A DNA stretch of 64,000 nt from the human T2T-CHM13v2.0 reference genome, Homo sapiens. Numbering within the stretch: position 1 is the first letter of the stretch; each line of letters opens with the position of its first letter. Below, in pieces: positions 1-20,393 of the stretch. The notes beneath the pieces were generated by a model that worked only from the letters and a program-made list of their open reading frames with translations, did no database searches and was not told where the DNA came from. The stretch lies in assembly GCF_009914755.1 (NCBI RefSeq), contig NC_060934.1. One strand, written 5' to 3'. The position numbers and the translations under genes were made by a program.

Positions 1-683
1 GTTTTTTCTTCTAACTTGATAAAACTCACATTCTGCACAACAAATATTCCTAAATTCAAAAGATCTTAGGTTGCTCAAATATAGTTCATCGTCCTTTTTT
101 TTTTTAAGTATGAGTTCTTGCAATAATTTGGTCTTTGGGATTTTTTTTTCAACTTTTAGGTTCAGGGGGTACATGTGCAGGTTTGTTACATGGGTAAACT
201 GTGTGCACTGAAGTTTGGAATATGAATGATTCCATTACCCAGGCTGTGAGCATAGTTTCCAATAGGTAGTTTTTCAGTCCTTGCCCTCCTCCCACTCTCC
301 TGCCTCTATCTAGTAGTTCCCAGTGTCTATTGCTGTTATCTTTATGTTTGTGTATACTCAATGTTTAGCTTCCACTTATAAGTGAGAACATGCAGTATTT
401 GGTTTTCTGATCCTGCGTTAATTTGCTTAAGATAATGGCCTCCAGCTGCAACCATGTTGCTGCAAAGGACACAATTTTGTTCTATTTTATGGCTGTATAG
501 TAGTCCATGGTGTATATGTATCACCTTTTCTTTATCCCGTCCACTGTTTATGGGCATCTAGGTTGATTCCATGTCTTTGCTATTGTGAATAGTGCTGCAA
601 TTAACATACAATTACATGTATCTTTTTTGTAGAATAATTTGTTTTCTTTAGGTACCTACCCAGTAGTGGGATTGCTGGGTTGA

Positions 684-991
<308 letters not shown>

Positions 992-1129
992 AGTAGTTCT
1001 ATTTTAAGTTCTTTGACAAATTACAGCGGCTGAACTAATTTACATTCTCACAAGCAGTGTATATGCATTCTCTTTTCTCCAGAACCTTGCCAACATCTGT
1101 TATTTTTTGCCTTTTTAATAGCCTTTCTA

Positions 1130-1425
<296 letters not shown>

Positions 1426-4400
1426 ATAATAATAATAATAGCCATTCTGACTGGTATGAGATAGTATCTCATTGTGGTTTTGATTTTCATTTCTCTGATG
1501 ATTAGTGATGCCAAGCATTTTTTTCATATGCTTTTTGGCCACATGTATGTCTTCTTTTGGGAACTGTCTGTTCATGTCCTTTGGCCATTTTTTAATGGGG
1601 TTGGTTTTTGAATGGTTTAAGTTCCTTATAGATTCTGGAAAATAGAACTTTGTTGGATGCATAGTTAGCAAATATTTTCTTCTATTCTCTAGGTTGTGTG
1701 TTTACTCTGTTGGTAGTTTCTTTTGCTGTGCAGAAGCTCTTTTGTTTAATTAGGTCCCACTTGTCAATTTTTGTTTTTGTTGCCATTGCTTCTGGGGACT
1801 TAGTCATAAATTCTTTGCCAAGGCTGATGTTCAGAATAATATTTCCTAGGTTTTTTCCTAGGATTTGTATAGGTTTACATATTACATATAAGTCTTTCAT
1901 TTATCTTGAGTTAGTTTTTGTATATGGTGAAATGTAGGGGTCTACTTTCATTCTTCTGCATATGACTAGCCAGTTATTCCAGCATCATTTATTGAATAGG
2001 GAGTTCTTTCTCCATTGCTTGTTTTTGTTGATTTTGTCAAAGATTAGATGGTTGTAGGTATGCACTTTATTTCTGGGTCTCTATCTTGTTCCATTGGTCT
2101 ACGTGTCTGTTTTTGTAACAGTATCATGCTGCTTTGTTTACTGTAGCCTTGTTGTATAGTTTGAAGTTGGGTAGTGTGATGCCTCCAGCTTTTTTCTTTT
2201 CACTTGGAATTCTTTGGCTATTCAGGCTCTTTTTTGGTTCCATATGAATATTATAATAGTTTTTTAATTCTGTGAAAAATGACGTCGATAGCTTGATAGG
2301 AATGGCATTGAATATGCCGATTGCTTTGGGCAGTATGGTCATTTTAATGATGTTGATTCTTCTGATCCATGAGCATGAGATGTTTTTCCACTTGTTTGTA
2401 TCATCTATAATTTCTTTCAGCAGTGTTTTGTAGTTCTTCTTGTAGAGATCTGTCAACTCTTTGGTTAAATGTATTCCAGGGTATTTTTTAATGTGGCTAT
2501 TATAAATGGAATTGCATTCTTAATTTGCCTCTCAATTTGAATGTTATTGGTGTCTAGAAGTGCTACTGATTTTTATACATTGATTTTGTGTCCCGAAACT
2601 TTACTGAAATCATTTATTAGCAATAAGAGCCTCCTGGTGGAGTTGTTAGGGTTTTCTAGATACAGAATCATAGTAACAGTGAAGAGAGACAATTTGACTT
2701 CTTTACCTATCTGGGCACCTTTTATTTCTTCCTCTTGTCTGATTTCTCCGGCTAGGACTTCTAGTACTGCATTGAATAGGAGTGGTGAGAGAGGGTATCC
2801 TTGTCTTGTTCCAGTTCTTAAGGCAACTGCTTCCAGCTTTTGCCCATTCAGTATGTTGGCTGTGAGTTTGTCATAGATAGTTCTTATTATTTCGAGGTAT
2901 GTTCCTTCAGTGCCTAGTTTATTGAGAGTTTTCATCACGAAAGCATTTGGGATTTTATCAAAAGCTTTTTCTGCACCTATTGACTGAGATGATCATATGG
3001 TTTTTTGTTTTGTTTTTGTTTTTTACAGGTGTGAGCCATCGGCCCGGCCTTTATTTTTAACTCTGTTTATGTGATGAATCATATGTGTTGATCTGTGTAT
3101 GTTGAACCAGCCCTGCATCCCAGGAATAAAGCCTACTTGATTATAGGGAATTGATTTTTTGATGGGCTGCTGGATTCGGTTTACAGAATTTTGTGGAGGA
3201 TTTTTGTGTCTATGTTCATCAGGGAGATTGGCCTGTAGTTTTCTTTTTTTGTTGTGTCTTTGCCGGATTTTGGTATCAGAGTGATGCTGGCTTTGCAGAA
3301 TGAGTTAAGAAAGAGTCCTTTCTCCTCTACTTTTTGAAATAGTCTCAATAGGATTGGTACTAAGCTCTTCTTTGTACGTCCGGTAGAATTCAGCTATGAA
3401 TCCACCTGGTCCAAGGCTCTTTTTGGTTGGTAGGTTTCTTTCTAATTACTAATTCAATTTCAGAACTTGATATTGGTATGTTCAGGGTTTCTATTTCTTC
3501 CTGATTCAGTCTTGGGAGTTTATGTGTTTCTAGGAAATTATCCATCTCCTGTAGACTTTCTAGTTTATGTGCATAGAGGTGTTCATAATCTTGCCTAAGG
3601 ACCTTTTGTATTTTCTGTGGGATCAGTTGTAATGTCATTTTTGTTGTTTCTGATTGTATTTATTTGGTTCTTCTCTCTCTTTTCTTCGTTAATCTAGTAG
3701 CAGTCTATCAACCTCAATTCTTTCAAAGAAACTGCTTTTGGTTTTGTTGAGCCTTTATATAAATTTTTGGGTCTCAATTTCACTCTGTTCTGATTTATTT
3801 TCTTCTGCTAGCTCTGGGGTTTGTTCATTCTTATTTTTCTAGTTTCCCTAGGTGCTATGTTAGATTATTAATTTGAGATATTTCTAAATTCTTGATGTAG
3901 GTGTTTAGCATTGTAAACTTTCCTGTTAACACTGCTTTAGCTCTATCCCAGAGATTTTGGTATGTTGTGTCTCTATTTTCATTTATTTCAAATAATTTTG
4001 AAATTTCTTCTTAATTTCATTGTTTACTCAAAAGTTATTCAGGAGCAAGTTGTTTAATTTTCATTTAATTCTGTGGTTTTGAGGGATCTCCTGGTTATTG
4101 ATTTATAATTTTATCCCACTGTGGTCTGAATGTATGATTGCTATGATTTCAGTGTTTTTGAATTTATTGAGACTTGTTTTATGGCTGTGCATGTGGTTGA
4201 TCTTGGACTATGTTCTATGTGCTCATGAGAAGAATGTACATTCTGTAGTTGATGGGTGGAGTGTGTCTATTTGGTCCAACTGGACAAGTGTTAAATTTAA
4301 GTACAGGATTTCTTTGCCAGCTTTCTGCCTCAGTGATCTGTCTAACACTGTCAGCAGAGTGTTGAAGTCCCCTGCCATTATTGTATAGCTGTCTAAGTCT

Positions 4401-4638
4401 TTTTGTAAGTCAAAAAGTGCTTGTTCTATGAATCTGGGTGCTCCAATGTTGGATGCATATGTATTTAGGATAGTTAAGTCACCTTGTTGGATTGAACACT
4501 TTATCATTATGTGGTGTCCTTCTTTGTCCTTTTTTACAGTTAGTTTAAAGTCTATTTTATCTGATATGAGACTAGCAACCCCTGCTCTTTTTTGTTCTAT
4601 ATTTGTGTAATAGTTCTTTCTCCAACCCTTTATCTTGA

Positions 4639-6188
<1,550 letters not shown>

Positions 6189-6834
6189 CGTCTATGGTTT
6201 CTTATTGTCTCAGGTCAAGCACACATTTCCTCCATGTGGTATTTTAGGGTTTCTGAAATGTGTTCTCAACCGTCTTTACAAGTTTTGCTTCTTCAGGTCC
6301 CCTTATGTACTCCATCAGACCTACTTTCTATTTCCAAATATTCCGTGGCTCACCACCTCTGTGCCTCTGTGTCCCCCATGTGGAAGTTTCTGTCTCCATC
6401 TCTTACTCCACTGATTCTTCAAGTCCAAGTGATATAACCCCCACAGTCTTTTGTATGGTACTTTATTGCAAAATGCCTTATGTTAGCATAAACTGAGTAT
6501 TTGTCACATTCAGTTATATTAGATTGAATATTCTTAAAGAGCAAGAATCAGTTCTTATCCATCCTTTAGACTACTGGGATCAGCACAGTTTGTTTAGTAA
6601 AATTGAGTACCTTCAATCAAAGCCTCCAACCAGCAGTGACAGGCTCAGCAAATACCCTGAGATCCTTTAAGAAAAGTATCAGTTCTTAAAAAGTATCTGG
6701 TTGTTGAAGACAACAACCATACATCTGTTGTTGGAGTAGCTGGGTGCAAAACCAAAAAAGGAAACAGAATAATACTTTCAAGTACTTACTGTGTACAGTG
6801 CATTATTATGTCCTTTTATGTAATTCAGTCTGTC

Positions 6835-7545
6835 AGTCATTCAACAAACATTTATTGAGTCTCATTAGTGCTGTGCTAGGAGAGCAAGCAATACAGCAAG
6901 TGCATCAGTGAATTCAGTCTAACATGATGGAAGCGATGATAGAGGACACATGAAGTGCTTTGGGAACACAGAGACTAGATATGTACGTTCAACTATCTGG
7001 GCAGCCAAATCTTCCCAGAGGAAGTATCCTTGAGCTGAGCTTTGAAATATAATTCAGCTAGGTAAGGAAATGGGGAAGGGCATTCCAGGGACAGGGAACA
7101 GTATGCGCACAGGCCTGGCAGCATGAAATACCACCATGCTTGTGGGAGTGGGGTTATGGCAGGAAACAAGACTACAGAACCAGGATATGAAAGACCGTGG
7201 GAATAAATTTAGGTTATCCGGAAAGCTAGAGGACATCTTGAAGGCTTTAAAGCCAGAGAGTGGTGGGATCAGATTTGCCCTTTAGAAAGGCCTCACTGGC
7301 GGTGACATGGAGAATGCATTGGAGGAAGACAGGTGGACTAGTTAGAATAGACTAATTAAAATGCTCTTGGAGTCATCTCACAGGGGAGTGATGAGAGATG
7401 AAACAAATGGGAATAGAGAATGAGAAAGCAATGAGAGAGAGAGACTAGATTCTATGAAACTTGGAGATTGTTTGGACGTGGGGTGGGGTTAAGAATGAAG
7501 AATCTAGGATTATTCCCACAACCCTGCCTTGGGTGATGGTACAAC
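6835..7545 (-). mobile_element. Ancient L2 LINE remnant
   Basis: L2 3'-end motif tcattcaacaaacatttattgag followed by degenerate L2-like sequence. Confidence 0.6.
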
Positions 7546-7547
7546 TC

Positions 7548-8063
<516 letters not shown>

Positions 8064-8856
8064 AAAAAGAAAGGTATTGTTAATCCATTTTCACTGAGAA
8101 AACTGCAGTCCAGAGAAGTAAAATTACTAAGTGAAGGTCACACAGCCAGCAAGTGCCAGGAGCCAGGGCCCCCACCCCTTGAGAGCATAAGGCAGTGCCC
8201 CTCTCCACTGCAGCACCCTTGCAGGGCTGAGGTCCCCTGGCTGCAGTGGTGAGTGCTGTGCTGTCTTCTTTACTTGCTTTCCACTTTTAGCAAATAGTGA
8301 CTATGTCAATAAAGGGAGGTGTCCTCAAACCCTATTGTCTTGAGTTTAGTTTAGCAGTAAAACAAACAAAAAAAGGTCATATTACAAGCAGAGAGTTAAG
8401 GGTACAAGTTACAAAAGTAATAAATTCTTGGGCTAGACACAGTGGCTCATGCCTGTAATTTGAGCACTTTGGGAGACTGAGGTGGGAGGATCATCTTAGC
8501 CCAGAAGTTTGAGGCTGCAGTGAGCTGTGATTGCATCATTGTGCTCCAGCCTGGGTGAAAGAGCAAGACCTTGTCTCAAAAAAAAAAAAAAAGGAAAGAA
8601 AGGAAAAGAAATCTTTGAGAGTCAGTCTGGACTCAATAGCAAACATCAATTTCTGAAGTTTCTGAAAGCGTGGAATCAGCGAATACAGAATTGATCATGG
8701 AAATGATGACCCACAGTGTCAGTACAAATGCATTAAGTATAGTTGCTTGGAATCAATACAATCGAAATAAGTAAATATATGGGCACTTTGGCACTCAGGT
8801 CCTTCATCTCACAATTCCTGGAGGTTCCACTCTGCCACCAGATCTCAGTTGGCATC

Positions 8857-9202
8857 TGATATGGTTTGGCTGTGTCCCCACCCAAATCTTGTATCGAATT
8901 GTAGTTCCCATAATTCCCTTGTGTTGTGAGAGGGACCCACTGGGAGATAATTGAGTCATGGGGGCTGTTCATGGTAGTGAATAAGTCTCACGAGATCTGA
9001 TGGTTTTATAAGAGGAAACCCCTTTTGCTTGGCTCTCACGTTTCTCTTGTCTGCCACCATGTGAGATGTGACTTTCACCTTCCACCATGATTGTGAGGCC
9101 TCCCCAGAAACATGGAACTATGAGTCTATTAAACCCCTTTCTTCTGTAAATTGCCCACTCTCGGATATGTCTTTATCAGCAGCATGAAAAGAGACTAATA
9201 CA
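8857..9202 (+). mobile_element. THE1 (ERVL-MaLR) solo LTR
   Basis: Starts tgatatggtttggctgtgtcccc, ends ctaataca; 5-bp TSD GCATC at 8852-8856 and 9203-9207. Confidence 0.92.
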
Positions 9203-10458
9203 GCATCTGTGGAAAACAAACAATCTTTCTTTTAGCTTGGTCAATTCCAGAGATTTTGAGCTCTCAATTCAGACATGAGCCCTGCCAATGCCTTCTAGAC
9301 AGAGCTTCCCTCTGCAGACTACTGTGAAGAATGTGTTTTGTTTTTGTTTTGAGACGGAGTCTCACTCTGTCCCTCAGGCTGGAGTGCAGTGGCACAACCT
9401 TGGCTCGCTGTAATCTCTGCCTCCTAGATTCAAGCAATTCTCCTGCCTCAGCCTCCTGAGTAACTGGGATTACAGGCACATGCCATCACGCCCAACTAAT
9501 TTTTGTATTTTTAGTAGAGACAGAGTTTTCCCATGTTGGCCAAGGTGGTTTTGAACTCCTGACCTCAAGTGATCCACCAGAATGCATTTTAAGTGGCTCT
9601 GAGTAACAAACTTCCCAGTGTTGATGATGGCCCAGTACATAACCTAGACTGATGACAATTCTCAGCCCATATTATGGTGGCTTTAGCCACTGCAAAGCTG
9701 TATAAGGTACAGAATAGCACTAGTTATATATGTTTTCATATTTCTTTTCTCTTTGTGATATGAATCCACTACAATGCACTAAAAGAGTATTTATTTACTG
9801 CTGTATTTTTGTTTTCCATGATAGCTATTGCTTCCCAAAGTTAACGTAAAAATAGTTTACTACTGGTAACTTGCTTGGTTAACCCGACTTATGAACTACG
9901 TTAGTACGGTAAATGTTTTATATAAACAGTTTTTGAAGGCACAGCACAAGTCAAAAGTCCACAGAGGCAATGTGACTTAATTTCTGGAAAATTAAGAGTT
10001 TCATGAACATCTAAGAAATGAAATAGATGAACATATATTTAATGGTTAGTGGCATTAAAATCAAACATTAAGGCTAATTTCAATGTACTTATCTCACTTG
10101 ACCAGTTAAAATGGTTTTCAACTCGTAAAATTCTGCCTTTGCGGTAAGATTACAACATATAAAAGTTTTTCAATGTGATTTTAACCAATGTAGCCAATCA
10201 TTTAGGACTAAGACCATATTTTTGATCAGGGACATTTTCTCCTCATTCAAGTACAGTTGTAAATTTGTTTTATTTTGAAATATTTTAACATAAAAAAATG
10301 TATAGCATGTAATGTTATGGGCACCTATTCAGCCAAAAGCCCCATTTAAGTTGTAAACTTGGTATAACTGAAGCTCTCTGTGCACTCCTACCCATCTCAT
10401 TTCCACTTTTCCCATTGGGTACTGACATCAATCCCAGTTATTCTTGCTACACGTTACC

Positions 10459-12830
10459 TGTATCAGTCCGTTATCATGCTGCTATGAAGAAATACCTCAA
10501 ATTGGGTAATTTATAAAGGAAAGAGGTTTAATTGACTCACAGTTCTGCATTGCTGGGAAAGCCTCAGGAAACTTACAATCATGGCAGAAGGCAAAAGAGA
10601 GGCAGGCACTTCCTTCACAGGGTGGCAGGGAGTGCATGCAGGGGAAATGCCAAATGCTTATAAAACCATCAGATCTTGTGAGAATTCACTCACTATAACG
10701 AGAATAGCATGGGGGAAACTGTCCCCATGATTCAATTACCTCCACCTGGTCCTGCCCTTGATACATGGGGATTATGGAGATTACAATTCAAGATGAGATT
10801 TGGGTGGGGACACAGAGTCTAACCAGATCATTCCACCCCTGGCCTCTCCCAAACCTCATATCCTTTTCACATTTCAAAACCAATCATACCTTCCCAACAG
10901 TACCCCAAAGTCTTCATTCATTCCAACATTAACCCAAGTCCAAGTCCAAAGCCTCATCTGAGACAAGGCAATTCCCTTCTACCTATGAGCCTGTAAAATT
11001 AAAAGCTAGTTAGTTACTTCCTAGATACAATGGGGGTACAAGCATTGGGTAAATGGGAGAAACTCATTCCAAATGGGAGAAATTGGCAAAAATGAAGGGG
11101 TTAGAGGGCCAATGCAAGTCTAAAATCCAGTGGGGCAGTCAAATCTTAAAGCTCCAAAATCATCTCCTTTGACTCCATGTCTCACATCCAGGTCATGCTG
11201 ATGCAAGAGGTGGGTTCCCATGGTCTTGGGCAGCTCCACCCCTGTGGCTTTGCAGGGTACAGCCCCCCTCCCAGCTGCTTTCACAGGCTGGTGTTGAGTG
11301 TCTGTGGCTTTTCCAGGCGCATGGTACAAGCTGCTGATGGATCTACCATTCTGGCGTCTGGAGGACAGTGGCCCTCTTCTCACAGCAACACTAGGCAGTG
11401 CCTCAGTAGGGACTCTGTGTGGGGGCTCTGACCCCATATTTCCCTTCCACACTGCACTAGCAGAGGTTCTCCATGAGGGCTCTGCCCTTGCTGCAAACTT
11501 CTGCCTAGATATCCAAGCATTTCCATACATCCTCTGAAATCTAGACAGAGGTTTCCCAACCTCAGTTCTTGACTTCAGTACACCCACAGGCCCAACACCA
11601 CATGTAAGCCACCAAGGCTTGGGGCTTGCATCCTCTGAAGCAACATCCTGAGCTTTACCTTAGCCCCTTTTAGCCATAGCTGGAATGCAGGGCACCAAGT
11701 CCCAAGACTGCACAAAGCAGCAGAGCCCTGGGCCCGGCCCACGAAACCATTTTTTCCTCCTAAGCTTCTGGGCCTGTGATGAGAGGGGCTGCCAAGAAGA
11801 CCTCTGACATGCCCTGAAAACATTTTCCCCATTGTCTTGGAGATTAACATTTGGCTCCTCATTACTTAAGCAAATTTCTGCAGTGGGCTTGAATTTCTCC
11901 TCAGAAAATGGGTTTTTCTTTTCTATTGCTTTGTCAGGCTGCAAATTTGTCAAACTGTTATGCTTGGCTTCCCTTTTAAACATAAGTTCCAATTCCAAAC
12001 CATCTCGTTGCAGATGCATAAAACTGAATGCTTTTAAGAGCACCCAAGTCACATCTTGAACACTTTGCTGCCTAGAAATTTCTTCTGCCAGATACCCTGA
12101 ATCATCTCTCTCAAGTTCAAAGTTCCACAGAGCTCTAGGGCAGGGGCAAAATGCCATCAGTCTCTTTGCTAAAGCATAGCAAGAGTCACCTTTGCTCCAG
12201 TTCCTAATAAGTTCCTAATCTACATTTGAGACAGCCTCAGCCTGGACTTCATTGTCCACATCACTATTAACATTTTGGTCAAAACCATTCATTCAACAAG
12301 TCTCTAGGAAGTTCTAAGTTTTCCCACATCTCCCTGTCTTATTCTGAACCTTCCAAACTGTTTCAACCTCTGCCTGTTACCTACTTCCAAATTTGCTTCC
12401 ACATTTTCAGGTATCTTTATAGCAGTGCCCCACTACCTTGGTACAAATTTACTGTATTAGTCCATTCTCACACTACTATGAAAAAATACCTGAGACTGGG
12501 TAATTTAATAAAGGAAAGAGATTTAATTGATTCACAGTTCTGCATTGCTGGGGAGGCCTCAGGAAATTTACAATCATGGTGGAAGGCAAAGGAGAAGCAG
12601 GACCTTCTTCACAGGGTGGCAGAACAGAGTAAGTGCAAGCAGGGGAACTGCCAGACACTTATAAAACCATCAGATCTCATGAGAACTCACTCACTATCAC
12701 AAGAACAGCAGGCGGGAAACCACCCCCATGATCCAATTACCTCACCTGGTCCTGCCCTTGACACGTGGGGATTATGGGGATTACAACTCAAGATGAGATT
12801 TGGGTGGGGACATAAAGCCTAACCATATCA
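10459..12830 (-). mobile_element. Complete THE1D-like MaLR element: LTR 10459-10830, internal 10831-12452, LTR 12453-12830
   Basis: Two ~375-bp direct-repeat LTRs (tgtat(c/t)agtcc...aacca(g/t)atca); MaLR internal ORF remnants (11660-12157, 11120-11587); near-TSD ttacc/ttatc. Confidence 0.9.
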
Positions 12831-13564
12831 TTATCCCTCTGAATTGTTGGGTACATTCTTCAATGACCAGGGGCTTTGGGACATGGAGAAGAATACTCCT
12901 AGCTATTTGTACTTTGTTTAATGCTCAGATTATTAAGCCTCATATATCTAATATTTGAAAGCTAAATTTTCTTGAACATTTAAGAATTAAATTTAATTAA
13001 TTACATTTCCCCAAACAATTTTAAACTGTAATTACAAATATATTTATTAGTATGGTTGATTTCTAAGACATTTCAAACACTTCAGATGGTAAATAAAACA
13101 TACAAATGATAATAAAATGTATTATTATACCTAAATTATTTTTGAGACATCAGAATAACAGGCTAAATTTATTATGTTTGTAGTTGTTTTTATACCTTTT
13201 TTGGGTTATAGTTATTTTTATTTTAATAATATCTTGAGTTTTCATAACAATTTTTTTGATACATTCCCAGGATTGCAGTAATCTTACCAGACTCAAAAGA
13301 AAAATACTCCAAGGTTGTAAGATGTGGCTTATCAAAGATTATTCATTAGAGCACAGGACTTGAGGGCTTCTTAGGTGAGTCAAATTTGATCCCTGGTCAT
13401 GGGGGCTGAACTTCTTGTTTACAGTAAAGCTCCACTTATCATCTCAGTAAAACTTTTCAGATCATTTTTAGCCTATGTTTTATTTTTTGCAACTTGCTAT
13501 CTTCCTTCAAAATAGTTTACTTTGAGCAGGGCACGAAGACTCATGTCTGTAATCCCAGCACTTT

Positions 13565-13922
13565 TTCTTTCTTTTTTTTTTTTTTAAGTTCTGGGATACA
13601 TGTGCAGAATTTGCAGGTCTGTTACATATGTATACATGTGCTATGGTGGTTTGTGGCATCCTGTCACCTAGGTTTTAAGCCCCATATGCATCAGGTATTT
13701 GTCCTAATGCTCTTCCTCCCCTTGTCCCCCACCCCCCAACAGGCCCCAGTGTCTGATGTTCCCCTCCCTGTGTCTATGTGTTCTCATTGTTCAACTCCCA
13801 CTTATGAGTGAGAACATGTGGTGTTTGGTTTTCTGTTCCTGTGTTAGTTTACTGAGAATGATGGTTTCCAGGTTCATCCATGTCCCTGCAAAGGACATGA
13901 ACTCATTCTTCTTTATGGCTGC
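13565..13922 (-). mobile_element. L1PA 3'-end fragment inserted into an Alu (~13527-14060, +)
   Basis: L1PA 3'UTR sequence; TSD AATCCCAGCACTTT at 13551-13564 and 13923-13936 is Alu sequence. Confidence 0.88.
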
Positions 13923-14297
13923 AATCCCAGCACTTTGAGATGCTGAGGTGGGAGAATCAACTGAGCCCAGGAATTGGAGGCTGCAGTGAGCTAAGATCGC
14001 CCTACTGCACTCCAGTCTGGGCGTTAGAGTAAGACCCTGTCTCTAAAACACAAAACAAGCAAAAATCCAAATCATTTACTTTTTCTTTATAGTCCTGGTT
14101 GGCTAGTGTTAGATAACATGTTCTGCTATTATATATTCACCTGGTCTGTTTTCATATTAAAACTGTGTTCATTTCTTGTTGTATTTCACTATCACCAGTA
14201 GGACTATCAAGAAGTTTAATTACCTAGGAGATGCACAGTTAGCTTTCCTCTCTAACACATTTGGCACATTTAACTCTATTGAACTCTTTTTCGCATC

Positions 14298-15058
14298 TTA
14301 TGTGGAACCAGCTGCAGTGATTGTTAAACTCCTATCTTCCCTGTTGTTGTGTGTGACCACTGGGGACAGTAATTCTTCCTGTCTTTTGTATAGTCTCTAC
14401 AATTTCTAGGACTTTTTAACAGTGTTGTATTCCACATTTTTCTTATACAGATAGAAAGAATTATAATCCATACTCGATAAATAGGTAAAAACTTAAAGAA
14501 AGAAAACACACATACTTCCTCTTTTATTTATTAAAATCAATACAAATAAAACATATTTTCTTATAATCATTCTTCTTTTTCAGTACATTACCTTTTGTAT
14601 AATTTATGCTAATGTTCCCTTTTCAGGTATCATAAACCCTTGGCCTTTTATAGATTTGATTTGTTCTAATTAATTTATTAACAGTAACGGTTATTGTTCA
14701 TGATGGGAAACCATTTAAGCAAATTGCTTTGCCCTATAGCATTGCTCTGGCATCCTTAAAGACATTCTTGCTTTTTGGCAAGACATGAAGTTCCAAAAAC
14801 CATCCTAATTTTTCTTGCCCCAAGACATGGAATCAGCTGTCCTCTAGGAGTCCTTCTCTTTTTGGTAGGCAATACTATTAGAGACCAACTTATACTTATA
14901 TCTATCTGTATAAGAAAAATGTTGAATACAATACTGATAAAAAGTCCCAGAAATTGTAGAGACCATACAAAAGGCAGGAAGACTTACTGTCCCCAGTGGT
15001 CCCATGCAACAACAGGGAAGATAGGAGTTTAACAATCACTGCAGCTGGTTACACATAA
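14298..15058. repeat. Inverted repeat, ~165-bp arms (14298-~14466 and ~14890-15058)
   Basis: Arms are reverse complements (~85% identity by eye); ORF track shows near-identical peptides on opposite strands (...KSPRNCRD.TK.RK.YCPQWSH.TTGKIGV). Confidence 0.9.
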
Positions 15059-15421
15059 ATGTGCTGCTGTTGCCGTGGGACCACATAAAAGAGTGATAGA
15101 GCTAGAAAATATACATCTTTTTTAAAGCCAAAGCTTATACTGATTTTTCCATTTAAATACGTGATGTTACTATACTCTACTTTCCTAATAGTAGAAAGTT
15201 TTATCATTGCCTAACTGAGAAAAGCCATTCCCTGCAACAAGAAGGAAAATCTCTAACTGCTGAACATTTATCTCACAAAACTCCTCCCAGGAAATATGAG
15301 TTCCCCCCAAATAACACATTTTGACTTACTATTCTATTTAATTAAACAAGTACATAACTGAAGCATTCTGAACATAGATGCAGGAGGACTTAGCTGTCAG
15401 GCTGAAGATCACCTATGTCTT

Positions 15422-16306
<885 letters not shown>

Positions 16307-16315
16307 GATCACCTA

Positions 16316-17105
<790 letters not shown>

Positions 17106-18582
17106 ATCTCCAAAACCATGAAAGCTGGCAGGGTTGCCATAACCACACTTTAATTATTTTAACTCTGTTATCTAAGGATCCCGGGAACACAAGCCATAAA
17201 AATTTTAACTCAAAAACTTTGCAGAGACGTCTCAATTCTCATTTAAAGCCTTAATGTCATTATGACGTTGGATTTCTTAGCCATCCTAAAGGCTGTAGGC
17301 TCTGAGGCATTTACTTGTTTCTTTTACAACATTAAAAATGGAACACTTCCATTTTTCAGGCAAGCAATTTATTTTATTGGAATTTCTTGGGTAGTCTCCA
17401 GCTGTGCAGGCCAAGAGACTTATCTGGGGGTCACAGACACATTCTGAATTGTGAGCTCTTCATTTCTGAGTCGATCAGAGTGGAAACTCTATTCAGCTTG
17501 TCAACACACATTTAGTGAGTCTCTCTTACACACCTGGCCCAAATATATATAGGAACTAGAAGTTTGGGAATGAAAAACATTTGTTTCTTTCCTTTAAGCC
17601 ACCTCTAAAAGCTAGACTAGTCTTTCAGAATCAAGGACTATGTATCAAGGACTATACTTCTAAGAGGATCAGCTCAACTCCTGAGTGTTGCATGGGAATG
17701 GGGTCAGTCCTAGAGATGACTCATGGATTGAAATTGGTCTAGGAGGGATCAGCAGTGGCCCTGATTGTGTGTTGGTTATGTAGTGGAAGGAAGAAGAAAG
17801 AGGGCTCTGTAAAGAGGAAAGTCAGTCAGGAAGTGGAAGGACCACAGACTTCTGGGCTGGCCCTTCCTGGAGTGACCTTGAGCCCCTAATCCGGCCTGGG
17901 GATGACCCCTTTGAATATATTGGAACAGACCCCGAACCCCAAGGCTGGAGCACTATTTCCATTCAGGGAATAGTGATGCATGTGGGCCAATCAGTGGCTC
18001 ACCTAGCTCCACCCTATTCCATGTCTGCCCCACCAGGACCTCGTCTTCTCTGGATCCAGTGCTGCAATGATCTGGGATGCATTTCTGTGTGTTTGAAGTC
18101 TTTAGGTAGCAACTAAGAGAACTACTATTTCTGACATTAAAGAAATTATGTTTGGTGATCATAAACCAGTTTCGTCATTTAATCCTTTTGTGTATCCAGA
18201 CTATGACCTTCTCTTTCTTTCTTTATTTATTCATTTGCCAATTCATTTATTTAGCAAATATTTATCAGGATCTTTATGTGCACATAGCAGCAGTTAGGAA
18301 GGTGAGAAATTAACAAGCACAAAGTATATTCTGTAGAGAGGTGACCACAGTATTACATGGTGTGACAAAGTGACAATTTAGGGACAAGTTTTGAAAATGA
18401 CATCCTCCGAAGTTGAATTGGAATAAAACATAAAGTGCATAAGATTAGCCATCCATAGAAGTTACTCAACCTGACACAAATTAGTCTCCCCCATAATAAC
18501 AACTGTAAGTATAACTACATTTTGTAATTGGGGAAACATAATATGAGGTTATGTTGTACTACTATAATAACAAAAGCATTCA

Positions 18583-20393
<1,811 letters not shown>

